Shown here: positions 1 through 13,504 of the stretch, piece after piece
How the letters are laid out: each line of letters starts with the position of its first letter
How positions within the stretch are numbered: position 1 is the stretch's first letter
NCBI GenBank assembly: GCA_964199315.1
Contig: OZ116699.1
Coordinates: forward strand, 15,128,001 to 15,192,000
Direction of reading: 5' to 3'
Origin: Orbicella franksi
Taxonomy: Eukaryota
DNA length: 64,000 bases
Position numbers and translations under genes: made by a program
Notes under the pieces: generated by a model
What the model saw: the letters and a program-made list of their open reading frames with translations, nothing else
Database searches by the model: none
What the model was told of the DNA's origin: nothing

Positions 1-25
1 ATCTTTACTTGATTTTCTATTAAAG

Positions 26-3000
26 GAACTGATGTTCCACTTTTGAGCCCGGCCTCCTGGCCGTCCGCGGAAGATCTGGAACTGGATGACTCTCAGTTTA
101 GGGCTCTACAGATGGCGCTGACCAAGGAATTCGCTGTCATTCAAGGACCGCCTGGAACTGGGAAGACGTACATTGGGTTGAAGGTAGATTAACAAACGTC
201 CTCTCGTGAAAAGCTTTCATGTCTTTTTTCGCAAGAGCTAGTGGCCATTCCTCTTGTCTCCAATCTAGTCGTGTTATAAAGCATTTCTTGTGGATAGAAA
301 TAAGTTTGCCTTGCATTTGCACGTGCAAGGTTATCTTGAAAAACAGGTAACGAGCAACCTGGAAATGGTGACCAGTTAACGCCTTTAATCATACTCATCA
401 CAAAACTAGTAGATCCGGTTTATTCTGTAACACAAGAGGCCCAGACGTTCAACATGCCTAGTCCTATGCAGCAAAATGCTGAGATTTCAATGGAAATATT
501 TATCGCTAGTCAAGATTAAAAGATGCCATTCGAATTCGATAATGACAGAGACCTCAAGAGCTTGCCTTGGCAGAATCCACAGAACCAATTTTGTTTGCTT
601 CAGATTGCCAATGTTTTGTTACATAACAAGTTGAAGTGGGACACTGGAACAGAATTGCTTGGCGATGATGGTGACCAGGCCCCTCTGGTGTCTGAACGAC
701 GGCCCATCCTTGTTGTCTGCTACACAAACCACGCCCTTGACCAGTTTCTAGAAGGAATCCATCGGTTTCATCCCGAGGGGATTGTGAGGATTGGAGGAAG
801 GAGTCAGAGCGAGATTATGAAGGCATGCAGTTTGTCGGAATTGAAACACAAAATGCACAAGGTGACTATACGCTGAAAGCTCAATGTTATTTTATCAGTG
901 CCATTGCGATGAAAGATGCAGCCTATTAACGAGGGCTTTCGTTCCTCAAGAATAATTGGAGAAAATAAGGACAGAAAAAAATTAAGATGGGTTAAACTTA
1001 ATTAGAGTACCTCTGGTCAATCCCGCCCGTCCTACCACGGTGAGTCGAGATGAGGGTTGGTAGTCGAGAGGAATAGAAGCAGTCTGCATGAATTATGGGA
1101 CACAAAGGTTATGAGAAAAGATGGGGTCTGAGAAAATGAAAACAAAATACAGTTGAAGCGGCTTTCAATTTAGTATGCTTAAAATTAAACCACTAGAAAG
1201 TAGTTACGTTTCACAGAGAGCTTGCACAACACAACGAACCAGTGAGAATTCTTGACAAATACACGTATAGCCGGTGCTAGACATGACTAAGTCGTTGGTA
1301 TGTTTTGGTTTCGTATTTGATTGTCTGAGTATGTCGAGCGAGAGTGTAGTAAACTGGAGCAAAACCAAAGCCATTGACACTCAGTATTTCTTTTTTGAAA
1401 TAATCTCACTTTGGTTTCTCTGATTTTTGGCGGCTCTTGTCTTGTTCTATATTCTGCAGGATAAGTCAGTTCCTCTACACATCAGAAGGGCTTTTTACGA
1501 TGCTCATTCGGAAATGGACCACACCACGACAAAACTGCAAGGTGCAGCAGAAGATTTAAAGAAATGTCTTGAAAACGTTCTTCACGAAGACGACTTGCAC
1601 AACCGTGCTCCTAGTATGACTGCTGCTCATTACCAGTCTTTAAGGCAGGTGTTTGCTGGAAGAGTTGGACATAAAGAGAGTGCAATGCTACACTGGTTAC
1701 AGCTGTCTATGAACTCGGAAATTCCTGGTCAAGGTAATGAACGGATAAGTCAAGGAAACAACTATATTGTGCAGTGGTTTTAGGCTGGTTTTTAGTAGCC
1801 CCGTAAACATAGCGAGAAGAACAAGAATAAGTATAAAGACACGAATGATCATTGCAGTTATATGCACAACTTAAGCAACTGTGAAATTAAAGATAATATA
1901 TGGTCTTTCGTATATTCAGTGGCAAGAATTAATATAAATTGATGACGAAAGGAGCGAGACAGTGCAGACAAAAGCTTAAAAACAACGAACACGCTCGTTC
2001 CTTACTTCGAATCACTGCGGCCTAAAGGCGGCATTGTTGCACTATGCAACTTGTTTCTGAAATTCAATGTCGGATTTCATTACTTGTTTTCTCAGCTTCC
2101 GTTCAGCCTGTTGCCATATTCCCACTCAACAAACATTGCGGTGGACTGGAAAAAACTTCACGAGCCAATCTAGCCACTCTGTCTCGCGGCGTTACATGGG
2201 CCGCTGAGTCTGATGGGATACACAATAAGCCACTACAACTACGAGGAACACCCGATTCATTCGTTGAGATTCCCAACCATCCCGGAAGTTTCATGGACAC
2301 CAGGACGTCAATCACCTTCTTGATGGACATTTTCCCAACCGGAAACAGAGGATCAATCCTAAGCTTTCGAGAGTCGGGTGGGGGGCTCCAAATTTTCCAA
2401 GATGGCGTAGTGGATGGAAAAGGAGTTTTGACAGTACACTTTGCACGCAGGGATCTTTCCCAGACCCCCGCTCTCACAAAGGCGGTTCTTAACATGAACG
2501 CCTGGAACTTCATTGGCGCCTCTTATGATTATGACTCTGGGATTGCGCGCTTGTGGCATGATGGGAATGACGTGGAAGCAAAGTACATTGGGAGGAAACT
2601 GGAGCTAGCCACTCAGTTTTCTATCAGGATTGGCGCTTTAAACGTCCTTGCGCAGCGTTGTTTTGAAGGAAGAGTCACTGATCTACACATTTTTGCTGAA
2701 TCACTTGGAAAAGAAACTGTGAGAGCTTTTGGCGGAATTGTCTCGCATGGTAAGCTAGTTTTTCCTCATGCATCGCTCGACGGATTAAAAGGCCAAACAT
2801 TATCATTAATATTATTACAGGCACTGTGAAAAGTGACTGCCAAAACTGAGTTGAAAGAAACGCGATGAAGTTGGCAAGGCTGCTACTTTTGAGACCACTG
2901 TTATTAATTTTAAGACTTAATGGCGTTTGAAGATACAACAATTACGACAAAAAAGCTGTTTGTATGTATGTATAGTAATATAGCAAGTTTGTTGAAAAAA

Positions 3001-6000
3001 AGCGAAAACAATTACTGCTGCCTTAATTAAGCACTGACGCAAAATTCTCCAGCAGCCAGCGCCAGTAGTAGTGGTGGACGGGCATGCAGTTGCACAAGAA
3101 ACCACTGAACAGTTGAACAAAACCGTGACCTTATGACTAGAGCCCTGACAGAGGCAATGTCTTGCAGCGCGACATGTTTACAACGTAGAGTTTTGCTTTT
3201 CTTTCAAGATGGAGCGGGAGCGGAAGGAGAAGAAGCTGAAGAGGAAGAAGAAGAAGACGAAAACCCGGATGTGCTGTACGAAGCGGATGTTATGCAGGAT
3301 CAGAGAATCCTCGACGTTGATGACGTCAGAGTGTTCGGTTCCAAAGCACTGCCGGGAAAAGGCGGGAAACTCAGAATCGTGAATCCTTTTGCCTTTAGCG
3401 GAGTAACTGAAGACGGATTTCAATTCCAGAAGCCTGAGCGACTTAAAAAGAAATTGAAGAGGATCATGGTTTTCGAATTGAGCAGAAAAGATGTCATGCC
3501 TGATGAGAGAGCAAACGCGGTAAGCAACAAAAAGGTTTTTCAAAAAGAAAAAGCTTCAAATGTCGTTGTTTGTAGTGATCATTGCGCTCAGCTGCTCCTC
3601 GCTAGCTCACAGGTGTGTCACTTAAACTGAAAGAAACAAATATGTCAGCTGAACATAATAGGCTTAAAAATCCCAACTGGATGGAGACAGACCAGATTGC
3701 TATTCATCACAAACATAACCAAGGAGTTGAACTAGGGTCTGCCGAGGAAAGACTCCAGCTAAGTGGTCAAAGTCCGGCGCCCTGAACACTCGGCCACGCT
3801 GCCTCCTGATTTTGTTATTTGCTGTATTTGTAGCAAGTTACAGTGTTACATAGCAGACACACTAGTAGTCTGGGCAAACTATATTTTGGCCAGAAACAGC
3901 TGGTGTAAGTCCGGCTGCCCTCGTTCGATTGCCTCCTATTAACTCGCTAACTTTTGCAGCTTTGATATCTCTAACATAGCAAAGACCTGCTGCTCTAGCC
4001 AATACCAAATTTTTAATAAACCTCTTGACAGGTCCACTTTATGCTAAAGACGAATTATCCGCATAAATTCGGCCACTACCCTGACTATGTTTTATTTAAT
4101 TTTATTATCTACCTGTTTTATTTGTTCTCAACTGCAGGTCCGAGATGTGTGGCACTTGGGCCTTAAAGATCGCTGGCGCCTGTATCGTCGTTGGCTGGTG
4201 GACGTGACTGAGGAGTACCGTCGCACTATATCGTTATTCCAAGAGCAATTTGAGGAGGGAGCCAGGCGACTGAAGGACATCAAAAACATGGAAGACTTCG
4301 AGATACTCAAGAAAGCTGATGTGGTTGGCATGACTACGACAGGTAAGCAAAGTTAGCGCAGTCCTCTGATGCCTGGTCTACGCATGGCCTATCACGCAGG
4401 TACTCTTGGAAAGATTGCGTGACAAGCCTAAAAAGAATCTGCGCGAGGCCCAGGTTTCAATATGTTAGGATTTTGGGTACTAGAGTGGTAGTCATGTTTC
4501 GTTCTCTAGGTTTCGCTTATGGGTTTAATAAGATTATTCTTTTAACTTTAGGCGCTGCCAAGTTTCGTAAGCTTCTGCAACGGCTTCGCCCGCGAATAAC
4601 GATTGTGGAAGAAGCCGCTGAAGTATTGGAGTCACACATTGTTACATCGTTAACTCCCGGATGTCAGCACTTGATTCTGATTGGTGATCATCAGCAACTC
4701 CGTCCCAATCCCACAGTCTACGAACTCGCCAAGCACTACAACCTGGACGTGTCGCTGTTCGAGAGAATGGTGAAGAATGGAATGCCTTTTGAGCGACTAC
4801 GTTTGCAGCATCGCATGCGACCTGAAATCTCCAAAATGCTGGAGCACATTTACGTCAATCCAAAGCTGGAAAATCACGAATCGGTGATGAATTTTGACAA
4901 CATTAAGGGCGTGGCTCGTAATATGTTCTTCGTGGACCACGCTGAGAGTGAGGTAGGCAGCCAGGAATTTGCTATCGTTATGAAGTGATAGTTTTACCTA
5001 ACCGTAACTCCTTAGTGAGCTTCGGCGCCATATCAAGTGAGTTTGGTGGAGCCAGGGTTAGTGGTTTGGTGGGAGGCATTCGAGCCAAAATACCAATATG
5101 CCTAGACTAAACGATCCGATGCCTTCCACTTGGTACGATTACTTATTTACCGCATCCAAACTCGGTCATTTATTTTGCCATATCAGGTCAGCGAGAGCAG
5201 GACAATAGACTCGGCTTCTGATTGACTGACTGTGTAGTTGAGAACAGTAACATTTTAATATGAGCTTTGATTGGTTGACAAGGGTACTTTCTTTCTTAGT
5301 ACGCGATGGTAACTAGACTAGTTGTGGTGGGTAGTAACGTTACTGTAAATCACTCCGTTAACTTTTAGGTCTTACAAACTTAGGACTTGGCCAACCTATT
5401 CAGAAGGGTAAACAGATATTTCTTGGTAAACACATGGACATGCCTTGACCAGAAAATATTTTCGGGAGTCTGTTATATCTACTCGAGACAGTCGAGTGCA
5501 ATGACGCCTCTCCGCTGACAAAAACGCCAGTAAATTGGACACGATATGGGGCCGATCAAACTTAAAGTACTTGCAAGGGAAGCTAAGAGGTGGGGGAAAG
5601 TCTCTCTGCTAGCTAGCGATATCACTCCATGGTGCTGTTTCGACTAACCTGGCTTCTAACTTTCTTCCCGTTTTTGATCACGCTACTGAAGGCCATCCTA
5701 CTATCCTTTATGAACCAATGAGTTGACATGTTATTGGTATAAACTGAACACCTTTCATTCACTTCGTTTCAGGATTTCACCGAAGAGGGAAAGAGTAGGT
5801 CAAATGAACACGAAGCTAAGTTCATAGCCGCTCTTTGTCGCTACTTCATCCTTCAGGGTTACCAAAGAGAGCAAATCACAGTCTTGACAGCCTACACTGG
5901 GCAGTTAATCCAGCTCAAAAAGGAAATGCCCAAAGATTTCTTTCGCGGGGTTCGAGTCTGCGCAGTGGATAACTTCCAGGGAGAGGAAAATGACATCGTT

Positions 6001-9000
6001 CTTTTGTCACTTGTTCGAAGCAACGAAGAAGGCAAAATCGGTTTCCTGCAGACAGAAAACAGGGTTTGCGTGGCGCTGTCTCGCGCTAAGAAAGGGTTTT
6101 TCTGCATCGGTAACATCAGCCTTTTGGAAACTAAGAGCCAGTTGTGGAACGAAATTGTCAATGATATGCGAGAGCAAGGAAACGTTGGAGAAGCACTGAT
6201 GCTTACGTGCCAAAACCACCCGCTAAACGTGATTCACGCGTCACGTGCTGAAGACTTCAAGAAGGCACCAGAGGGAGGTTGCACTGTGCCATGTGCCACG
6301 CGACTGGAGTGCGGTCACGTGTGTGACATGGTGTGTCATCCGACAGACCCAGAGCACAAGGAATACAAGTGTAATAAGCCTTGCGCTAAGACGCTGTGCG
6401 CTCAAAAGCACAAGTGTACCAGGAGATGTTACCAGGAGTGTGGGCCTTGCATGGAGCTCGTGACAAAAATCCTTCCTCTCTGTGGCCATGCTCAGAATGT
6501 CCCTTGCTCCAAGAATCCTGTTGAAGTGAATTGCCAATCACCCTGCTCAAAGATTCTATCGTGTGGCCATCGGTGCAAGAATAGGTGCTCTGAAGAGTGC
6601 AGTGTGAAGTGCACTGCCATTACAAAGAAATACTGGCCTTGCGGACATGAAAACGAGACGGAATGTCATGTGAATCCACTACACAGTCCATGTAGGGCAC
6701 CTTGTGGTGTGACCTTAAAGTGTGAACACCCTTGTGCTGGTAAGTTCTGAAAGTGCCTTCTAACCGACAGAGGATATACACTGTTACAGGTTCCCAAATT
6801 GCAATCTTAGGATTTCGTTCACTGATAAAAATGACCGAGTAGAATATTCAGTAACAGTCCTGACCGGTTGTTTCGAGTAGTGAGACCCTTAAAGGAACTT
6901 CAGCTTCAATTTGATTTAATCATGTCTACATACTTTAAACTGTGACTTGTGTTTTCAGACAAAGGTTCCAAAGATGAATGAATGAGAGCGCAACTTTCTT
7001 TAAAATTCAGTAAATTGCTTTAAACATTTTAAAATTCTTCTTTTCGATCCCCTGTGGTATAATGTTAATTATGTTTATTGTTACCGCAATACAACATACT
7101 GTAGTTATAGTATTTATTATTGTCAGTATCTATGTATGTTACAGGAGAAACAAGATAGTAATTGTTCTTGGAACATAATTGACTGACTTGTTTGCGTCAC
7201 AAAGTGTAGAGTAAAACCATATAATTTTATTAAGTAGTTCCTAATTCCTGCTTTACATTATAGGTGACTGCTTTCGTTGTCTCCGTGGTCGAGTCCACTT
7301 GCCATGCAAGGCTGAATGTGGCCGCACTCTCTTCTGTGGTCATAGCTGCAGTGAACCGTGCACTAAAAACTGCCCTCCATGCAAGGACAAATGCGGCAAC
7401 TACTGCAAGCATAGCAAGTGCACGAAGAAATGTGGTGAGCCTTGTGATCTTTGTAACGAGAAATGCATCTGGCGTTGCGAGCATCATAAATGCACGAAAC
7501 TATGCGGGGAACTGTGTAATCGTCCACGATGTGACGAACCATGTACAAAGCAACTTACGTGCGGGCATCCTTGTATCGGTCTCTGTGGGGAAATATGCCC
7601 AAAAAAATGCCGAGAGTGTCACAAAGACGAAGTGACGGAGATATTTTTCGGAACCGAAGATGAGCCGGACGCAAGATTCGTGGAGCTGGCAGACTGCGGT
7701 CACGTGTTTGAGGTTAAAATGATGGATCAGTGGATGGACCAGGCGGAAACAACGGATGACGGGAAGCCTGCTGATGTTCAACTCAAGCTCTGCCCAAAAT
7801 GCAGGGTTCCCATCCGCACCAGTTTAAGGTACGGTAACATTATTAAGAAGATTCTGGCAGACTTCGAACGAATAAAACAAAAGATTTTACTCGGCAAAAG
7901 ACGGCGTGACCAAGAAACCGCGAGGCTCAGATTGAAGGTGGAAAAGATTGACGAGTTCCCGGACGACAAGAAAGACATCATCAAGTCGCTGGATCATAAG
8001 AATCTCACAGATGAACAAGTCAATGTGGTTGAGAACCAGATCAACTTTTTGACTTTCCTTCAGCAACTCAAGGTAGTGATAGTTAAAGGAGAAGAGGCAG
8101 AACAGGCAAGACCAAAAAGCCATGAATCAAGATTTCTGCTTCAGGAGACGAAGGAAGACCTGGAGAGTAAGGTGGAACAACTCCGAAAACGTGTGATGAG
8201 GTTTCGAGTTCGATTTAGCGACCAAGAACTTGAAGAGCTCAACGAGGAAATGTACAGAACACAGCTTCTGATCGACTTCAGAATGCTGAAGATGCAACTT
8301 GACATCCGGGGTATTAAGTTGGGAGTCACTGACACTGTCAAGGTTGATCTTCTTAAAACAGCATTGGATTCAGAGAAACCAATTGGTAAGAGGACAGAAG
8401 TCAGTAAGTTTTTAACGCGCTATAGATAACGACTTTTTACCCGAGTAGGCGTTTTCTCTCCGTTTGTTCCTGCCTGTTTTATCCCTGTGTGTTCTGAACG
8501 CGAGTTACTGGAACTGCGTAGAATCTCAGTTCTGGTGTTGTTTTTCTCTGCTTGGGCAGTAAGAATCAGGGAAAAAGGGTGCGAGATTTTCAAGGAATTT
8601 CCAAAAACGACTCTTTTATCCTCCTTCAGGAAAAGTAAAAACCAATTTATTTCGCTATTTGCGAAATGTATTCTCTTCGCTGCACTCAACGATGTGCAAG
8701 ATTGTGGATAGTTAGTGACTCAGTAATCACATTCATTTTAAATGACTACTTTGCAACATTTTCAGACAAAGATCATCGAGAGCGTTACTTTAATCGTATT
8801 AAACGTATCAGAAGAGAACAAAATCTTGATGTGAGTTACCTTGCTGTTACAAGAGAGGAGAAAGATCTGATTGTGAAGGCTATGGGGCTGACACAGGGAC
8901 ACTGGTTTAAATGTCCAAAGGGTAAGTTGAATGCTTTAGTGTGAGATGATCACGATAAAAATTCTCCTTACGAGTTTTTAGTTATTTTCTATATTGGCCC

Positions 9001-9758
9001 TTGGGAGAAAATTCTGTTGACCCTTGCACTTGCAAGCGCGCATCGAGACGTGTTTTTGTAACTTTGAGTTAACAAGAGTTGAACATTATCAGCTTGATAT
9101 TTTGTAAATATATTTATAAATGGAAAAAGTGAAACAAACAAACAAACAAACAAACTAGCTGTCATTCAAGTGCGATCAAACGAGGATGAGGGTGATCGAG
9201 AGTTGGTAAAATTCACGTAGTGCGTGAATGCAAGCCCTCCTCGATTCTCAAGAATATTTGAGCTGTTTTCAAATTCGTTGACGTAGCCGAGAGTTGTTAA
9301 GAGCCGTATGAGAGCTTGCGGGAGTAGGCTGGCAAACAAGGTATACGTTGAAAGTTTACTTTCGTAAGCAATTTAAGCTGGTAGATATTTAAAGGCATTC
9401 TCCATTAGTGTAGCCTGCGAGAGCATCCTGTGTGTGGGCTCCTTTATACGTCTGTGTTGGCAGGCTACCATCCCTATTTTCCTACCTCAGTCCTTGTTTC
9501 ATATAACTGGTTTCAATCAAGGTGAAAATTAAGCTGTTTTTCCTTTCTATTCGTAAAGGTCACATCTACTGCATCACAGAGTGTGGTGGAGCGATGGAAG
9601 AAAGCAAATGCCCGGAATGTGGCTCAAGAATTGGTGGCCATAACCATCAGCTGCGAGCTGATAATCGGCTTGCCAGTGAAATGGATGGCGCTCGATACGC
9701 TGCCTTCTCCGATATGGCTAACATCCATAACTTTGACCCGCGCGAGTTTCAGTTTTAA
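26..9758 (+). CDS. ZNFX1: ZNFX1-like SF1 RNA helicase / E3 ligase, copy 1 (5' part lies upstream of the window)
   Basis: Exons with GT-AG sites and consistent phases: 26-183, 604-861, 1460-1733, 2096-2749 (LamG), 3209-3519, 4138-4342, 4552-4952, 5773-6739, 7264-8385, 8766-8921, 9559-9758. Motifs: Walker [24 protein letters not shown], Walker [46 protein letters not shown], many CGH-type NF-X1 fingers, RING-like DCGHVF..CPKC, and RZ finger [31 protein letters not shown]. Confidence 0.95.
2096..2749 (+). CDS. In-frame cassette exon encoding a LamG/concanavalin A-like (pentraxin-fold) domain within ZNFX1 copy 1
   Basis: 654 nt, stop-free. Acceptor ttgttttctcag and donor catg|gtaagc; phase 1 at both ends, matching the flanking exons (1733 and 3209). 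The peptide [70 protein letters not shown] is a typical LamG_3-like beta-sandwich. Confidence 0.8.
3655..3806 (-). mobile_element. tRNA-derived SINE-like repeat in an intron
   Basis: The minus strand begins ggaggcagcgtggccgagtgttcagggcgccggactt (tRNA-like A-box head) and continues into a non-tRNA body ending in ccagttgggatttttaagcc. Confidence 0.55.
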
Positions 9759-9915
9759 TTTCGTAATTTAATTATATGCCAGCAATCAGCTAGGGAAGCC
9801 GTTACTTAGCAGAGCTACAATCGTTGTCATAAGCCGTTGGAACACACACCCCTTCAGTCCCTCACATGCAATGTTGCATAGCGCATTGTGTCCGAAATCC
9901 TTGTTCGATGCGTTT

Positions 9916-10278
9916 TACATTACTTGCCAAAAACTTTCGGACGATTATAGTTTCGGAATGAAAAAAGTGTCCGAAAATAAAACCGTCCGAAACGTTTAAG
10001 CGTCCGAAATATTAAGCTTTTAAGTAGCTCCAAAGCTCATAGTTTCCTTTTTGGGAGGAACACTAATTGAGACAGTGCTTGAGATACGTATAACGGCATG
10101 ATGGAATTTGTGCCATTTTCATGTCTATGTATCTGTAACACTTTGAGGGGGCAGTTAAACTACTATTTTCAAAGCTGTTGTTTTAGTCTAATTGTTTTTG
10201 TACGCGTAAATTTACTTTAGCTATGTTTCAGCGAAGTGATCGAAATTTTAACGTCCGAAATTGTTTGCAAGTAATGTA
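9916..10278. mobile_element. MITE with ~28-bp TIRs and TA flanks (Tc1/mariner-like)
   Basis: tacattacttgccaaaaactttcggacg at the left end and cgtccgaaattgtttgcaagtaatgta at the right end are inverted repeats. Several internal gtccgaaa motifs. Confidence 0.6.
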
Positions 10279-13200
10279 GTTTTGTAGACAACACTGAACG
10301 TTGAGAGTGGAAGGAGAATGATTAACAAGCCAGTGTACCAACAACATGTCAGCGATTGTTGTACATCTCCTCACCATCATCACGCATAGCTAAAAGAGAA
10401 ATGGGCCATCAGAATTTACGGTGGCAACAAGAAGAGATCAAAACGACTTTTAAGGGTGAGGGGAAGGGGGTCGTGGGGGGGGGGAAGGGGAGGTGACCGT
10501 AAAGTGTCAGGGAAGTAAGGCTACTTTTCAGTTCAATGCCTTAGTTCTTCCAGAGCGATAGAATCATAACAGCTTAAAATTCGAGGCTGATTTAGTTAAG
10601 ACAGCGGTTAAAGGTGATCCTATTCTTTTGATTTTTAAACTGGGATTTAACCCATTTAATTTTAATTTTGACTGCGTATTAAGTCGTTCTTTCCCTTTTC
10701 TGACAGCTTAGATTGAGGCTTTAGAGGCGTTAAATGCCCTCGAAAAGTTTTTATTGTTTTCATTTTTAAAGTTTAATTTCACTAAGGAGTCACCATGAAG
10801 TGTGTAGGGAGGGGATACGGCCTAATTCTGGGCTACTTAGTCCACTGTGACAAGGGTTTAACTCTACTGATAGAGATTCATCCTACAAAAACGTAGTTAT
10901 ACGTAAAATGCTTTCCAGATATTGGGATGAAACCATTACAGTCTTAGATTATGTAAGCTTCGTTTTCATTTGATCTAGGTTATGCTTAACATTCGAATTT
11001 GCACTGATTTTGAAGATGAAAGCAAAGTCGAGAAGGACCTGGTGACGAGGTGACGTAGAGGAACTTGATTTCCCGGAAATGACTTTAGTCTTTCTGAGAA
11101 TTTTGACTTGAAAATCTGTGTTCCCGATACGGAATAAACTTTGATTTCTGGACCTTATTGCTTTAAGAATAAACGAAGATGCATAATGATGAAACTGTTG
11201 TCTTTTTATCTGTTTTGATCGGGTTATTTAAAACCTCCAGAGCTTGTTTCAGGCAATTTAATTTAATAACAGAAATCTGTGCTCACAAAAGTGGTGAATT
11301 CCCCCCCCCCCCCCGCTCCGCTACCCCTTCAAAATAACAACTAGTCTATCTTGATATCATTGTGTTCAATTTGAACCGGCGAAAAAAGAACGAGGTGTTT
11401 TATTGCGAAGGTATTTTGTAGTTTTTATTGATAATTTAACGTCCTCCGTGTTTTTTTTAAAGCCCCTGATTTCCGGAAATGAACTTTGGGTTTCTAAGAA
11501 ATTCTGCCTGTGATTTGATTGGCTCACGACCCATATTAAGTTTAAGTATCTTAGACACTTGCCCCAGCATATTTTCCTTCACTTGCTCGAAAAGTGTTCC
11601 TTTCTGCATTTGGAAACCAGTTTTTTACGTAGATTATTACGCAGGCGAGGTATGCGATGATTGAGGAATAACTTTGCTATCGACAAGTCCTTGCAAGTTA
11701 CGCCGAAAACAGAGCACCGCCGACATCTGGCTTCCTCCTTGGACATTTGAGGTAACCTAGCTCAACTTTAATAATGAATCACTGTAACTGATATTTACAA
11801 TACTACATCTTATATTTACTGTTAGCGGATTCGTTAATTAAATAGTCATTCACCTCTCAGCGCGGTGTCTTAAGTCTAGGCTAGCTAGAGAGAAGAAAAG
11901 AGGTATAAATAGGAAATAAATCAAAAGCGAATAATGCTTCTCCAAAAAATGGTGGCCATTGAGGAAACGTTGCCCAGAGGTCCACTGATCTTTCACTTGT
12001 GAATGAACTGTCCAATGCCGGATAGAATTGTTAACAGAAACGTCCTCAGTTGCAGTAGGTGCCCACAGAGTAACTAAGCTGGTGGTTGTTTGAGCTAAGT
12101 TGCTGCTAAGATGTAGTCCTTAGACTTAAGATACGATGCATTGTTCATGTATGGAACATAAGTTAACTTGTATCGCCGTTTTCTTTGCGAAATGTGACAT
12201 ATATATTTTGCACGTATTTTGTACAAGTCCAAGTTAGGCGCGAATATATATCAACTCTCTGTCATTGGGAATTAAGACCAGATGAAAAACATCACTAGAG
12301 GCCGAGAGTGCAACTGGGAAATCAAGACTAATTGTTTGCTCGTGTAGAACGTAACCGATTTATGATATGACTCGCTGGAAAGAGAGTGATTGTGGGTAGG
12401 TAGTCAAAATTACACTGGTTTTTGGAAGTTATTTAACTCGAATTACTTTGAAATTACAAGCTGAAAATGAAATTCGTGAGTAATTATTAACGAAACATTC
12501 CACCATTACCAAGGATGTTGCAACTTCCCATCGTCGTCGAGATCCCCTCGAGTTTCCCGTCGCTGCGGGGAAAGTTTTTTCTCTGCTACTTTTCCTACCG
12601 AATCGAATTGGCTTAATATGCCGGTACAAGTCCCTATGAATAGTCCACGTCGTCCAAAGAAAGTAAAAACTAGACAGTGTCCCAGCAACCAGTTTCTTCG
12701 TTAAAATACTCTTTAATGACCTTTGGAGTCGAGTCAGAGACAGCTTTTTTGCTACACACATCTCTCTTGTGTGCTGATTAGTACAACACTGAAATACCTG
12801 GTGACCATACTTCGGAACTGCGGTGAATTGAATTGATATGTGACATATACCTATCTGGTCCTTTTAAATGCTGTTTTCGACCTTTTACGCGTTCTATACT
12901 ATGCGACTTCGGCATACCGTGGAATTCAATAACACACTCATCAGTCATGCTTCAATGCAAAGTTGCATTCATAGCTGTCTCACCATTTAAAAATGCAGAG
13001 TTTTGGCAATGATCAGATGCTGTCCAGGCTTTTGGCAAAATTGTTTTCAGATTCTAGTTTGGAACGCTTCGTAAATCTGATTCCTCAGCTGTAGATTGAT
13101 TTTCTTCACAAGTTAATGCATAGAACTCTTTAAACTGGTTCGGCTGCATTTGCAAACCAACTAAATCAATAGCACAGGATTCCCTACAAACGGGAACTAG

Positions 13201-13504
13201 CGACAGGGAGTAGAAACGAGGAGTAGTGTTTGAAATTAACAAATGAGTGAAGAGTGGAGGCTTCATAGGTTTTTCAGCTGCATAGAGTCCTGGACTTTGA
13301 TCGGGAAGATTTTGATTGAAGTGAACGATGCCGTTCTCGGGCAACTAAATCAGACTAGATTCTTTGTTATCAACATTTTTCTAAAATTTATATAATTATA
13401 CATGTAGCGGAGCAAAGGCGTTTTACAGCCTCACAGCCAATTAAAAATTCTCATAATCATTTTTTTCATTCTTTAAACTCTATTTTGTTTCAGAGGTGCT
13501 GTCA

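Noticed and set aside
2044-2829. 261-aa ORF as a stand-alone nested LamG gene
   Set aside because: The ORF ends are intron-like sequence, there is no signal peptide, and the internal splice sites match ZNFX1 phases. An exon of ZNFX1 is the simpler reading, pending RNA data.
5892-8341. Many antisense and alternate-frame ORFs over ZNFX1 exons (also 24440-26786)
   Set aside because: These are shadows of real coding exons with no independent motifs.
12463-12472. GAAAATGAAA IRF/ISRE-like motif and kB-like half sites upstream of copy 2
   Set aside because: Short motifs are expected by chance in AT-rich DNA, and the transcription start is unknown.
13054-13344. 96-aa minus-strand ORF upstream of copy 2
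   Set aside because: No recognisable domain or splice partner.
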